Notes under the pieces: generated by a model
What the model was told of the DNA's origin: nothing
Database searches by the model: none
Seen by the model: the letters and a program-made list of their open reading frames with translations, nothing else
Position numbers and translations under genes: made by a program
In this document: one piece after another, positions 12,116-24,926 of the stretch
How positions within the stretch are numbered: position 1 is the first letter of the stretch
How the letters are laid out: every line of letters begins with the position of its first letter
NCBI GenBank assembly: GCA_030295235.1
Contig: AP026142.1
Coordinates: 186,001-250,000, forward strand
DNA length: 64,000 bases
Direction of reading: 5' to 3'
Origin: Fistulifera solaris
Taxonomy: Eukaryota

Positions 12116-12446
12116 GTAGTCAATCTGAGACAATTTTTGTTTCGGCAGAGGGCAAAGCTCTATTCGGTAAAAACCTTAACCTTACCTGTCCCGCCAGTTT
12201 ACACTGCGGACCGCAGGACGATTATCGCGCTTTCACAAAATTTCGAAATGCTGCGGGTGTCGATAAAGTCGCGTCGCGAGCCATTCTCTTTATCAAAAAC
12301 AGAGCAAGCATGAGTGGATCATCATTGAGACTCAGTGTTGATAATTAGGAGCTAGCTCATTGTATAGGACGATCCCTCTTGATCAATCATCATTTTCCAT
12401 TGTGTTCAAAGACAACTCACTCCGCAAACTCAATTATCTCCACATC

Positions 12447-14541
12447 ATGACAACCACGCACACCGCAGTCTCCTTATTATGGCACCGCTTCGCCTTATCA
12501 GATTGCGACGATGACTTCGTCGACAAATTACTGGCTATAGTGATAAATGAATGGAGCGGCAAAATTGCGCGGCTAACTTTAGCTCCAGGAGTATCGCATG
12601 GACCGACGGGTTCCTCAGTTGTGCTATCGCAAATATTCGGTTTGCGGGAATATTTAGCCGCGTCACTTGGAACTCTCACGATTTGGTCAGCTTCGTATTT
12701 CATGATTTTGATCGCGGTCGTGTTGCCAGCATGTTTCTTCAAGCATGCGTTCTTGTACATCTGTGCCCGTATGATGGTTGGTTTTGCCGCATCTATATTT
12801 TTTCACTGTATAACAATGGGAATACTTCTGTCACTGGAGCGAATGGCTTTTCATGGCCCGAGACGGCCTAGATCCTTGCCACATACTCTACTTACTTTAG
12901 GATCGTGGGTTTTCCTATTGATCGATCATTCAAATGCGTTGCCGATGATACTTTTCTTTTGGGCCACTTTTGACTATTTCTTGCTTGGCGGATCCCAGAA
13001 TTGGTTCAACATCCGAATTGTCTCGCCCAGCATTAACATTTCCAATGTGGTTATTGGTCTCGACTTGGATGCATTATATGCTGGCATGTTTGCGTCGGCT
13101 CTATTCTCAAGTTTTGCGTTCCCAATCACGCGCTTGCTCCTCCGACTGTACGTATTACAACATGCATACAAGCTTGATGGAGAGAAACTTGTGCAAGTGA
13201 TGGTAAACAGGTTATTAACTCTTGAATTAACTTATTTTGACTATCTGAAGAAAGATATGATTGTCAACAGGAACGACTTTGAAAGATTACTGGAGAAAAT
13301 GGCATCCCCACCTTTGAATCGCCGGAAAGACATGAGTTTTTCAATTTACTCTCTCTGGCTGTGCCAACGGGCTTATGCACTCATAAGAAAGACCATTCCC
13401 TCGACAGAGAGCGACATTGTGTATGAGAGCTTAGCTTGTAGACGAGGAGGACCGTCCCCGTACCCCACTCTCAACTTCTTTGATTCCATTGCGTCCCTTG
13501 GCTTTGAGGAGGCAAGTGGCGAAATCGGCGAGAAAGCTCAAGAACTTGTCAAACTATTTTGCCCTAGTTTTGAAGGGTCTATAACCAAGGAAGATTTTCT
13601 TTGCAGTTTCATAGCCGCAAAGGACGATTACGACTCGCTGAAATCAACATTCTTTTGCCTCCATGACATAGTGCATGAGTTGGAAAAGATTGTGAACAAC
13701 GCCATCTACGTCGCCATGCTAGGTTTGCTGCTCTTCCCAGTGGGTATCACTCTTTTTACTTGCGTGCCGGGCGCTGATCTTTATGCCTTTTTGCTTCATA
13801 GAGGCCTTGCTATCTGCTTCGCCGCACCTATGTTGACGGTCTCTAAGTGGGTGTATGTTGAGATCGAATCCAAAAGTTTTGTTCGAAAACGTAATTATCG
13901 GATCGGTGATTTGCTGGAATTTATTCCGAATGGGGCTTCCACCACTTGTCGCTTCGACATCCAAAACATCTGGCGTGTCGACAAAATCACATTGGATTGC
14001 ACTACACTCGTCTCATTGTCAAGAAAGGGCGAGTCACGTGATGAAACGAATGCGACAATTTTCGACAAGCACCAAATTCTCATCTGGAGTCGAATTGCAG
14101 CAACATTTTCAATTCGCGTGCGTGTTCCTCTAAATGCAGCAACTCAAAGCAATACATCGCTAGAGAAATTTCATCAGGATACCAAAGTCTTTGCTCAGGA
14201 TAATCTTCGCGAATGGTTTGCAGTAAAGTCGATTTTTAGTCAGTGCTTTGTGGAAAAAAAGAATAGCAGCGAGCTTCGTATTGAGATTCAGTAAGTCCAC
14301 CAGAATGGCGTACCTGATTTGTTTACGCGGATGCTCTTCTAACTTGATTTTATGCTGTTTTCATAGACACCGCGAGTCATGGCACAAGTATGAGCTCGTC
14401 CAAAGTAGCTTACACAAGCTACGAAGAAATTGCCAAGGGCGGTTTGCAGAATTGTTCAATAATGCAATCTCTGACAGCAAATTTAGTATTACTGTTCGCT
14501 CGACTACAAGCGAAGACTTCAACGCCGTGGAGACTCAGTAG
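12447..14541 (+). CDS. divergent multi-TM MscS-like mechanosensitive channel; intron 14291-14366
   Basis: Long intact ORF with several hydrophobic helices, an EF-hand-like LVKLFCPSFEGSITKEDF segment, YRIGDLLEF, WRVDKITLDCTTL, ILIWSR, and spliced IQ/HRESW. Confidence 0.85.
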
Positions 14542-14695
14542 ACGAAGCTGGAGTGAGAAGTTTTGCAAGAAGTGAGTTGAGTGAATATGAAACCACATCA
14601 GTCCCTTACAAAACTCCTGTGTTCCACACAATATCAAACCATTATTTTGGACCACTAAGTCACATTTTTATCAATTACTCCTTTTCAAATAGCAC

Positions 14696-15434
14696 TTACT
14701 CCGACTCGGAAAACAGATCGACAGTATTCGACGGACCCCGGCGGCAAAATAAAATCGGCTCCATTTTGTTGCATCATTTGATTCAGAATGGCTGCGGTGT
14801 GCGGTTTTCCCAACGACTCTTGGGCGGCCGCCGCTTCCGGTGTCGTGACTCCGACACCACTGCATCCGCCGCTACCGCTGCCGTGATGTCATCGGGTGTA
14901 TCGCCGACCAGAACGACCAACCGCGACGGTTCGACACCGAGTAATGCACAGACGCGAAATACGGGCGTCAAATCTGGTTTGCTGGGTCCATCTTCCATAC
15001 AGTACGCGGCAGAAATTAGTGATTCAAGTCCATCTTCTTGAAGAAATTTCATGCAATCCGCACGCGGCCGTCCTGTGACAATGCCGATGCTCGGTTTCGA
15101 TCGTCTGCGCAATTCGAGAAGAGTTTTTTTGTGGAATAAATGTTTCCAGCGTACACAATCCCGGTGCATCCCCGTGTCCTTGCTAAAATTGTTCAAACGT
15201 TTCCGTCACTTGTTCGAGCATAATCTCATCTTTGTTGGGTAGAGTACTATACTCTTGAATGAGTCGATGCGACAGTTGCCAATCATCGTTGGCATTTCCA
15301 CGTCGTTTCATTTCCGTGACGATTTCGTCATTGACGTACGTGTGACACGTCTTGACAATGGCGGCCCGGTATGATTGCGAAACTTCCGCGAGGACGCCGT
15401 CCATCTCGAGTAAAATTGTTGTGTATTTCTACAT
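14696..15434 (-). pseudogene. duplicated, internally deleted copy of the HAD hydrolase at 29805..30562
   Basis: High nucleotide identity to 29805-30562, but with multi-base deletions (e.g. loss of GATA codons) and the catalytic DMDG changed to EMDG. Confidence 0.88.
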
Positions 15435-15606
15435 TGTGTTGTGGTGTTGGTTGATTTTTTTGGCCGTCACGCAATCGCAATGACTCGGCCCAAAACTAAA
15501 GAGAAGGATGCACAGAGGAACGCAGTCGTAAAACAAAAGAAAGCGGAAAGCTTCCTTCAAGAGGTTGATACATTGACGGCGATCCTTCAATCTCTAGTCA
15601 AAGATT

Positions 15607-17335
15607 TCATTTACTCACTCCATGAAGATCGTAATGACCCGAGTAGCATGGTTGTAACCGTTTTCGTCCTTTCTTTAGTTGTGCCTTAATCACTTTCACA
15701 TCTCTTTCCGTGGACCAAATGTTATTTCTGCGGCTGGGATTTTTTCGGCTACCTCTAAGCAAAGTCTTATTAGCTTTTCTTCACTGCGCTGAACAACCTC
15801 ATAGTCGTGCCAAGCCTTTCGGAGCCTGTGAAAACAGTAAGAATAGAGAGTCCAGGAAAGAGTGCGCGTCAGAGAAGCAGATATTTAAGCACAACGCATC
15901 TTTTGACTTACCGAGCCTCGATGGAAAACCATACTTCATGTCGTGTCCAAGACTCATCGTTTTTTATCTCGGCAAACCATTCGCTGAGATTATCATCAAC
16001 AAGTCGCGTAACCGTTGAACGGATCATGCTTATTGCTTTCTGGGCCGTCTCTGAACTATCCGCAGGGTGCAACATGTTGATGCGAACAGTTGCAGGAGTG
16101 CGACTCCAGTTTTTAATCTCTACTTTGGAGATCTTGCAATTGAACACACGCATCAAATCTCCGTCACATAAGGAAACGCGTTCGGTGTCGCGCCGTGTGA
16201 CACACAAGACGCGCCTAACATTATGTTTTTGAAACGTCTGAGAACCATGGAAATCAATCAAATCACCAACTTCGTATAGACGACCCGTGAAATGAAAGTA
16301 ATCGATGCTAAACTACGTCCAGAAAGCGCGGCCGATCCCAAAGGCAACGGCGAGAACCATACCCTGTGAAGATCTGACAAGGGTCATGAAATCAATACCA
16401 ACTACGACGGAGATCATGAACATCATGGAGGCGAAAATGATGTAATTGAGAAGGTACTCAAACGCGAGGCTTTTGCGAAAGATTCTAATCCATTGCTGTA
16501 ATCGTGCAAGACCCACACCGAAACGCGAAACGTCTGCATCTTTGGCGCTGCTGTCGTTTAATGATTCGACCAGTAATTGAGAAAAAGTCTCTTCACCGCG
16601 TTCTTGCAAGCTGCGGCGGCGCAGTGAGTTGCGGCAGGTGATCGGCTTCGACTGCAATGCTGATGAATGAAATGCTGGCTTGTATTTCAGATTGGAGTGT
16701 TTCTGTGAGAATGAAGAAATGTGGTAACTTTGTTTCCACTTGCTCGGAGATATTCGGGGTACGGAAAAATGCGAAGAATCATCATCAATCTCTTCGAGTT
16801 GTGATGTATAACGATGGATTTAGTGTGACATGTTTTCTCCTCATTTTATTCCTTCACGGCGAGGTGCGCAGCATTTCATGGATGGGAGAATGACGAGTCT
16901 TGCATAAATATCTTTTCGCTTGATAAAACATTGATTTCGAGGCAGTGGACGCATGACGCGACATGTCAAGTGTTCTCTTTCTTCGGTCGGTACTTGTCAT
17001 TGACGGGGAATCTGAAATATCAATCAGGTTTCGCGCAGCAATAAAAATCAGAATGCTGCCACGTCGCACAAGCGATCCCAAGTGCAAATGAGAAAAATGG
17101 CGACAGTCTTGGACTCAACAGCGCGGACGGTAGAGATCGCGAGCATAAACGCCGACTATGAATTCATGTTGATTGTCAACTCCAAAGCAAAACTGTCGGG
17201 AAATTACTGGTCGCTAAATTTCCGTAAAGTCCGCATTTCCCCGAATCGAGCTAGTTGTTTAACATTCATGTGTTCGACATTTGAAATACGCGAGTCGTCT
17301 GGCAGTAAGTCGATGAATGAAGCTGTCCGGTGAGT
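15607..17335 (-). pseudogene. degenerate MscS-like gene; intron 15826-15911
   Basis: Fragments AFEYLLNYIIF..VLAVAFGIG, RLYEVGDLIDF, IKNWSRTPA, and the same terminal intron before RKAW; multiple stops and frameshifts. 5' boundary approximate. Confidence 0.7.
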
Positions 17336-17497
17336 TCAAGGGGGCGCCGCCTGTCTTTTTCCTTCCGCTCGCCTTATGAAGACAGAGGTTGACCTGCGAT
17401 TCGCGATGTTGATTGTTGATTGCGAAGTATTGCTAAACAAAGTTACGTTTTTAAAAGGCTTTTGTTTTTGTTGGTCAATTAATGCGACGAGCGAGCG

Positions 17498-17876
17498 TCT
17501 TAAAATCCACAGGTGCCGGAGCCGTCTATGGATTGGGCTTGACAAAATTAACTTGGTGCAAACGGATTGCTGCAAACGGATTGCTTGTTAAAATTATAAG
17601 CTAGTAAATGAAGTTATCCTTTTGATATCAATCTTGTTGTTGTCTTCATTGTTCTCATTTTTGATTCATGTAGAATATGCAGAAGCTGCTGGCATTGTTC
17701 TTTGTCAGTAATAGTTAGGTTCTTTCGGCAGCTGTTAGTTCTTTGAATAAGGAGGGTTCGAGTTTTGGTAGATTGCTGTTCGCTTCTCGTTTTCATTATC
17801 ATGTAATGTGTAGTTCCACTTGTCATTCCGTTTATTGTAGTCACGTGCGGGACTGTACGGGACTGGTTATTCAACA
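17498..17876 (-). repeat. complete LTR copy at the 3' end of element 2
   Basis: Identical to 24927..25305 as far as I can read; minus-strand termini TGTTGAA...TTTAAGA. Confidence 0.9.
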
Positions 17877-19417
17877 CGAGCGAGATAAAAAGGACCGAGT
17901 CCCGTATCAATCGTGACACGATGGTAAAAACTACATACTGTACTCGTAGAAAGATAGTCTAACTGAAATATGTAGAAGCAGCGCGTGCCCAACCTTCAAA
18001 AAATCTCTGAATCAAAAATTGTATACCAGTTCGACAATTTTCGTCACCGTCGTAGAATTTGTATGACATTGCAACGTAACGCTGATTTGAAAATGTACCA
18101 GCGTTTCTGCGTGAAAAACCCGGAAGTAAAAGGCAGAAAAACCTCAAAAAACAGATTTAAAAACAAAACATACCATTGTATTCAGTGTTTTCTAATACAT
18201 CTGACTGATAAATTTGATCTTTTGTTTATTCATTATTTTGGTCAAAAACTGATGATTTAAATTATTTTCCAAAGGGTTAAGGATATGCTGTAGTAGTATT
18301 TGTACGCGAGAAAATTTGTCTGGGTTCAGACAATTTTTTTCATGTCCTAGCTTACGTAAAGCTACAGAAAATTGTCTGAACCCAGACAATTTTTGAAAAG
18401 GTTGAGATATGCGTGCCGATCTAGTTCCCAGAGTTAAAGTTTGAATACGAAGTAATAATGAAGAATGTGCTCGCTGAAGGGAGTATAAGCATCAAGCAAC
18501 AATGGGCTGAATTGGGTCTGTCAGTCAGTTGCTTGTGATCAGAGTAACCTTACGGCATCTTGGTCGGATAAATAGGCAAACAATAAACGATTAGCAAGAC
18601 GCATCTTGGTCGGATAAATAGGCAAGCAATAAAAGATATTCAAGAAGAATTTCTATATGAAACGAAGTAAGTAAATGGTCAAACGCATCCATGCTAATTT
18701 ATTCCAGAATCTTTTTGGGCTCGGAAGGCCTTCCGGGAATTCGTCAACAAAGATTTCATGGCTATCCAATGAACATACAAAAAGTGTGATTACTTTCCTG
18801 CTGCTCTACCTCATCCTTGCTTTCGTCGTCGTCGTCGTCGTCAATCTTCAGGAATCCGTCACTCTTTCCTAGGCCTTCATTGAGTATGCGGCTTTGCTTT
18901 CGGCAGAAATGTTTCAGTTTGGTTTTGCTATCCAAAACGATCTCATGTTCTTTCCATGTCTCACGGTGCCTATGAAACCAGATACGAACGCAACAGAAAT
19001 AAAGCTCAATGCACAACGTGTTAAAAAAAGCAGATGCACCCGAGTAGCAGACAAAATGTTTACTATTCCACTCACCAGATTACGACGCAATATTTTGTGT
19101 GTCCGTGTTTATCAACAACTACATCGTACTCCGGTACTGTCACGTCAACCCATTCGCGAGGAATATTGTTTGCAAATTGCCGAACCTGCTCTTGGAACCA
19201 CCCAAATGATGGACCATCATCTGTATTCATAGGGACCAGCAAACTGACGCTAAATGCTGCTTGATAACAAGTCTTGTTTCTTTCAACTGTCGAATAGATT
19301 TCAAAGCCACGAGGCTTATTTATCCATAAGCCGCTCAAAATGTTGCCAAGATCCACAGAGAACAAATAAATCTTCTCAACACGCCATCTGTGTTCCCTTT
19401 TGTAAAGGATCTGAGAG
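17877..19417. repeat. 1.54-kb direct duplicate of host sequence 25306..26845, including the 3' part of an MscS-like gene
   Basis: Near-identical; I see one substitution (ttgccaag vs ttgacaag) and a homopolymer indel. Confidence 0.95.
17978..18416. mobile_element. putative degenerate MITE-like element (second copy 25407..25844)
   Basis: Imperfect terminal inverted repeats (caaccttcaaaaaat / atttttgaaaaggttg), AT-rich interior and inverted subterminal hairpins. Confidence 0.4.
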
Positions 19418-19450
19418 CGTGCGGGACTGTACGGGACTGGTTATTCAACA
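19418..19450 (-). repeat. first 33 bp of the original 3' LTR of element 2
   Basis: cgtgcgggactgtacgggactggttattcaaca abuts the PPT and matches the start of the LTR. Confidence 0.92.
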
Positions 19451-19470
19451 CTCCCTCTCGAACTGCGATC

Positions 19471-22400
19471 TTACCATCCGAGAATTGCTTTCCGATGTTT
19501 GACGAAAAGGTCGAATGTGAGCGGCTTTGTCAAGATATCTGCGGTTTGTTCGAGAGTATCGATCTTGTGAATTGTTATATCTCCACTATCAACGTATGAT
19601 CGAAAATGGTGCAGTTTGACGTTCAAATGTTTCGTTCTTGGTCGAGCCTTCGGAACTTTTGCAATTTCCAGAGCTCCCGAGTTGTCTTCGAATACTTTGC
19701 AATGAACCTTCGGTCTCCATTCTTTTACGTCAAATCCGAGTGATTGCATTTCCTTCAAAGTATTCATGATGGGAATTGCATCTCTAAGTGCATAACTCAA
19801 TCCAGTAAATTCGCTCTCTGTGGAACTCAATGCAATTTCTGTCTGAAGTTGGCTTTTGTGATGCAATAATACTCCGGCGTAGGTGATGAAAAATCCGTGT
19901 CGGGAGGCGAGCTGTATTGCGGTCCTCAAAAGCTATCTCAGGATCCCAATTGCCTGCGAAATCGGCGTCAACATGAACTTCCAAGCTTCTAGAAACGTCC
20001 GGGTGCAAAATCATTCCTTTGTCTCTTGTTCTTATCAGGTATTTTGTGAGCCATCTCATCGCATCTCCATGTTCCTTTCTTGGGTCTGACGCGAAGCGCG
20101 CATTGATGGACTGCATAAGCGATGTCTGGCCTGGATCCCCTCGTGAGGTAGTTCATTTTTCCTATGACTGAAGTGTAATGAAAACTTTTGTCAAATGGCG
20201 GTGATTTGGGATGTTTCGAAAGTAGCTTTGATGATGCCATTGGAATTTCCTTTGTTTTAATTTCCTTCTGGTCGAATTTCATGTCTTTGATTATTGAGTC
20301 GATAAGATGCGGTTGCTTCAATTCGATTGTTGATTCGTCAATTCTGTTGATGTTGACTCCCAGAAAATCCGATAAATCTCCCTCAACTGTAATGTCTAGC
20401 TTGATCTGTTTCATCTTTTCAATAATTTCTTCAATCTCTTTCTCATTTGGACCTCCAAGAATACTGTCGTCGGTATATAGGACATACATCGTGCTCTTGT
20501 AGTAAAATACACACTCGTCGTATTCCGATTGCTTGAAACCAATCTCAAATAGCTTCTTTCGCAAATAAAGGAACCATGTTCGACTTGCATCCTTTGCTCC
20601 ATAAACATTCTTGTGGACTTTCAGTACATAATCATCTGGGGATGCTCCGTGTATTGTATATCCCTTTGGAATGGACAGATAAATTTCTTTGTCGCGTGGC
20701 TTGAGGAAATGCCTGAACATAATCAAGTTGTTTCGTATGCCAACCATGTATGATCACCATTGCAAGTAACAAGCGGATTGAAGTCCAGTTAGCGACTGGA
20801 GAGTAGGTCAGTTCATAGTCGCGACCATATTTCATCCGTGACCCATCAATTGTCAGTCGCGCTTTCCACTTTTTTTTTGACTTCACGTGTCATAATGTCT
20901 CGTTTGCGACGAAGTTGCCACACCGTTGGAAGAATCGTTGCTCCCTCTGGAACTTGACTTCTTGGAAATAATGAGAAATTTCCATTTGCCATTTGATCCT
21001 CAATTTCGGTATCCATTCCTTTGGAAAACTCCGGCCAATCGGGTTCTTTGCGAGCTTGATGCAAATACATTGAGTCAGGATCGGCACTTGTCTTAAAAAC
21101 ATAGAATGGATCTGGTGGATTGAGTTTTGCTGAGGCAGTTTGAAGAGTTTCGTAGGCAAATAATTCCCCTTTGATGGCGGCCGATGATTGACTGAGTTCA
21201 TTAACAAACATTGCAACCATGATCTCTATTAATCGAGTAACGGGACGGCGTTGGCGAGTGCTTCGTCTCTCCCTCTGAGATTGTGGTGGCGGTGGATCGG
21301 AAAGGGGCTCAGGTTCAGGTTGATGATCGGTGGATGGAACAGTGTCATCAGGTTGATCGGTGGGCGGTATCGGCAAAGGAGAGAGGTCGGGAATCGGAGA
21401 AGTGGGTGAATCCGACGAGGAAGGCGCTGATTGTTGAAGGGTTGTGCTTGGAGCGACAAGAAAGCCGGCTTTGAGTTGCCATAAACATTTTTTTGCAAGG
21501 TCCGGAACAGTTTGGAATTTCGAATCAAATTTGACGTGAAACTGGGGACTGACGAGTCCTGTGTCGGGGTTCAGTACCAGGGCGACAGAACGACTGTGTA
21601 CTGGAGATCGTCCCAAATAAATTCCGAGATGCGAGCGGAGACGCCATTTGTGAAATATCCGACTTTTTCCTCCTTGGAGCGCGGCATCGAGCACAAAGAC
21701 TGGGCAACCGAAACGTTTCCAATGAATTGGATTCGAATGAATCTCCGTGTTGGCGAAAAGTTGGTAAGGTGTAATGCAGCTCAGCGTGTTTCATCTTTGG
21801 CATGTGATTGATCGAATCGTTGGCCATGCGTGAAAGCGTAAGGCCACAGGTGGGTAGTGATGGCTTGCGGCCACTTGTGTTGTGCGTCAATTAACATAAG
21901 CGAGTGAGTTCCTGCAGTTGTCGAATGCGGCGTTCAGCTCGTCCATTGTGATGATGGGCTCCCACTCCGGCAAATGAAAGACCTTGACCATTTGTTGCGC
22001 CAATCGTTGACCCAGGTGTTTGAATTGAAAATTCCGTTATCAGCATGATAGTGTTTGATCTTCTCAACTCCACAATTCGCGAGCGTATTGTTCAAATGCA
22101 TGCTTTGCTTCCAGAGTCTCAGTCGCACTTTGTGTCTTTTGCAGATGAACATAACTCAAGTTTGAATACAGGTCCACGAAGACTGTTAGCGTATAAATAG
22201 CGCTTCGTTGTCAGAATTCCTGTAAGCTGCGCAATGAAGCCGGGAGTAGGAGAATTCATTTGATCCACAGCAACAACTTGTCCAGGGTGAGTAGGTTTTT
22301 GAAGCTCTTTACCCTGTTTGGCTGGTTTCGTTCGCCATTGACGCTTGGTTGCTTTTCCATAAAGACAGGCAGTACATACAGGTGTCGGGCACTTTCGCGG

Positions 22401-23183
22401 TCGGTGGAAGAACGCCTTGCTTTGCTAATTCTTGAAGCTTTTCCATTGGTGCGTGTCCATAGAGTTGATGGTAGGTAAGCAACTCTGCTGCTGGAACTGT
22501 TTGAGTTGTTGCAGTGTCACTTTCTTGAACCACGGCTTTGTCTGTGTTGCCGTCAAACTCGAAGTCGACTGTACGGCTTTGGAACGGTGCTGCTCCCTCT
22601 GAATCTGCATTTTCTCCCTCTGAAGCGGCTGGGGTGTCTGCGTTGGCATCGAAACAAAGCGGATTGTCGTCTTCATCATCAGGAATTGATGCTTCGGTGC
22701 AGAAGGCTTCAAAGTTCGCGGAAGCCAGGGGCTGAGTAAAAGGTTGCGACGTTTGAACGTGGATCAATTGGAATTGTCTTCTTGTTGCTGCCCCAGTAAA
22801 GAATCGCGTGTTTACTTGTTGTATCACATCCAGAGAGTTTGTGTCCGGTGTATTTTGCCCAATGTTGCGGTGATAAAAGTCTGACCTTGCCGTCTGGTAC
22901 GTAATATGAATTTGGAATCGTGAAGGATGTCATCTTGCCCTCATCATTTTCCCATGACCATTTCAGAGTTCCTTTCATCACGTTGCTGGTGCGAGTACCG
23001 CCAAAGCCCTTGATAATCAAATTTGTTTCTTGTAATTCCCCAACAAAGTCCGTTCGCGACATGGGAGATGCATGCTGAGCATCTATTGTCGACACCCACT
23101 GGAACGGAGTCGGTATCAAAAGTGGTGGTAAGTACTTGTGGGATCGCATTTGCACTGAAACACATAGCTGTCATCATCAGCAC
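19471..23183 (-). CDS. pol: Pol of element 2 (PR, IN, RT, RH; frameshifted in this consensus)
   Basis: PR VGVDNRCSACIS; IN HQLYGH, YHADNGIF, HHNGRAERRIR; RT QLDYVQAF, LYTDDSI; RH VDADFAG, FEDNSGA, QTADILTK. Confidence 0.92.
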
Positions 23184-23521
23184 ATATCTCCTTTGGACGC
23201 ATTTTGCGCTGTCTCCACCATCTGGCTATTGGATTGCGGAATCGAATGAGCGGCGTGTGAGAAGTGTATGTTGCCTTTCGTGCTGCTTGTTTCCTTTTGT
23301 GAAGGATTGCGTTGGACTTGCAGTTTTGTATCCATACTGTGTGAATGCGGACCAGGTAAGTCTGAATTGGACTGCAAACGCGTTGACCAAATGTTTTCAA
23401 TCGCTTGCTAATGGGTTTCTTTCGAAGTCTCTTAGGAATATAGCAAGTTGTGACGTCATTAAAATGGTCAAAGAACAAACAGTATATCAGGGATGCGGTG
23501 AAGATAAGTAGCCAGTCCCAG

Positions 23522-24834
23522 CTAAAGCTGAGGTACCGCCAGATGGACTTGGTTAGTCACTGTCGCTGCTTCGTTGTCACTTTCATCTGAGTACTCTTCG
23601 TCGTTGTCGTCTTGTTCGCTGTCGCTATCGTCGAGGGAGTGCAGCAAGAGCTTTGACAAGTCGCTCTTTCTTTGCTTCAGGCTTCGAGGTTCCCGGTTTT
23701 CTAATGTTGGCTTGGCGACAATCAACCGTCTTGTGTTTTCCCCACGAGTTGTGCTTATCGCACCAGAAGTACTCGCTTTTCTCGACTGTCTTCTGCTTTG
23801 GCTCGTCATCCTTGGGAGGTACCGACATCCAGTCTGGCTTTGGAGTGTTTCTGTTGCGCTGGGGTTTGCCTTTTACCTGGTGCTTTGGCTTGTTTTCGGT
23901 CTTTTTCTTGCTTTCCAACTTTTGAAGTTTTGCCTCTAACGCGAGAATCTTTTTCTTCTTCCCGGCAAGGGCAGCGTTCCAGAGAGAAAGCTGTACCAAG
24001 GTCTTGTACTTGTTGTCTGCTAGGTTCATAAGGTGATCCGGAGTCATCGGAAGACCCTCGTGGTAATCTTCTTCTTTCTTCAGGATGTAGTTGACAAAGG
24101 TGCGATCGGATGCTGCCTTGTAACCCTTGAAGAGATTTTTGCAAGAAGATCATTTGTGGTTTCGCCCACGAGCTGCCAATCCTTCCAACAACTGTTTGAC
24201 TTGCTGATTCATCTTGGTGATGTTGTGCTGGATTTTCGGTAAGTACTGGTCCAAACTGGAGAGCTGTGTGCGAATGTGTGTGACCGTTCGCGTTTTGTAT
24301 CAATGTATGTCTCACGGATGATGACTTTGAACAAGCAAGGGCCACTCGGGATACCGTTAATGGTATACTGGTCACGCCAGATCGTGATGCGATCAATGGC
24401 GGTCGGGCTTAGAGAGGAAATGAGGCAGTTGGCTGCCATGTAGGAATCTTGTGCTGCGCGGGACGGAGTACTGATGTACGTCTTGGCGCGTGGTCTTGGA
24501 TATGCTCCAAGGTGATGTCTCCGTAGTTGGAGAGGAGGTTGGTGGTGTTCTGGACAGGCTCGATGGCTTCGATATCATCGGGGATGTTGAAGATCGGCCC
24601 CCAACCAAAGTTGCTAGCACGGATGCTAAGTCCTTCAATGAAGGGCGCGTCGACCAGGGTCGCAGTCGAATCGTTCATCTCCAATCTGCTTGGTCGCCCG
24701 TTTAGGTAAAGGCAAGATCCTTCGCGAGTAGAGAAGTCGATGACTTGGTGGGAGCTCAAGCCGGGCTTAGAGCAAAGGGAGCTGCGACGGGAGCAGCGAT
24801 GTTAGGGTCGGCGTTGTTCGCGGGCGTCAGCCAT
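23522..24834 (-). CDS. gag: Gag of element 2 (frameshifted)
   Basis: SGPCLFKVIIRETYID, LMNLADNKYKTL and the zinc-knuckle-like YFWCDKHNSWGKHKTVDC. Confidence 0.85.
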
Positions 24835-24926
24835 TTCGGTCGAACGAAGTAGTTGTTATAAAGTGCGGAGCTTTATGGTCACTTATAAAGTACGGAGCTT
24901 TATAGTCACTTTGCGCAGAGGAAGCG

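Noticed and set aside
17494..19417. Treating the whole 1.92-kb direct repeat as the native LTR of element 2
   Set aside because: PPT, TSD and PBS define a 379-bp LTR, and the extra 1.54 kb is continuous with the host MscS-like gene at 26845.
24857..24912. 27-bp tandem repeat in the element 2 leader as a CRISPR-like array
   Set aside because: Only two adjacent units with no spacers, in a eukaryotic retroelement leader.
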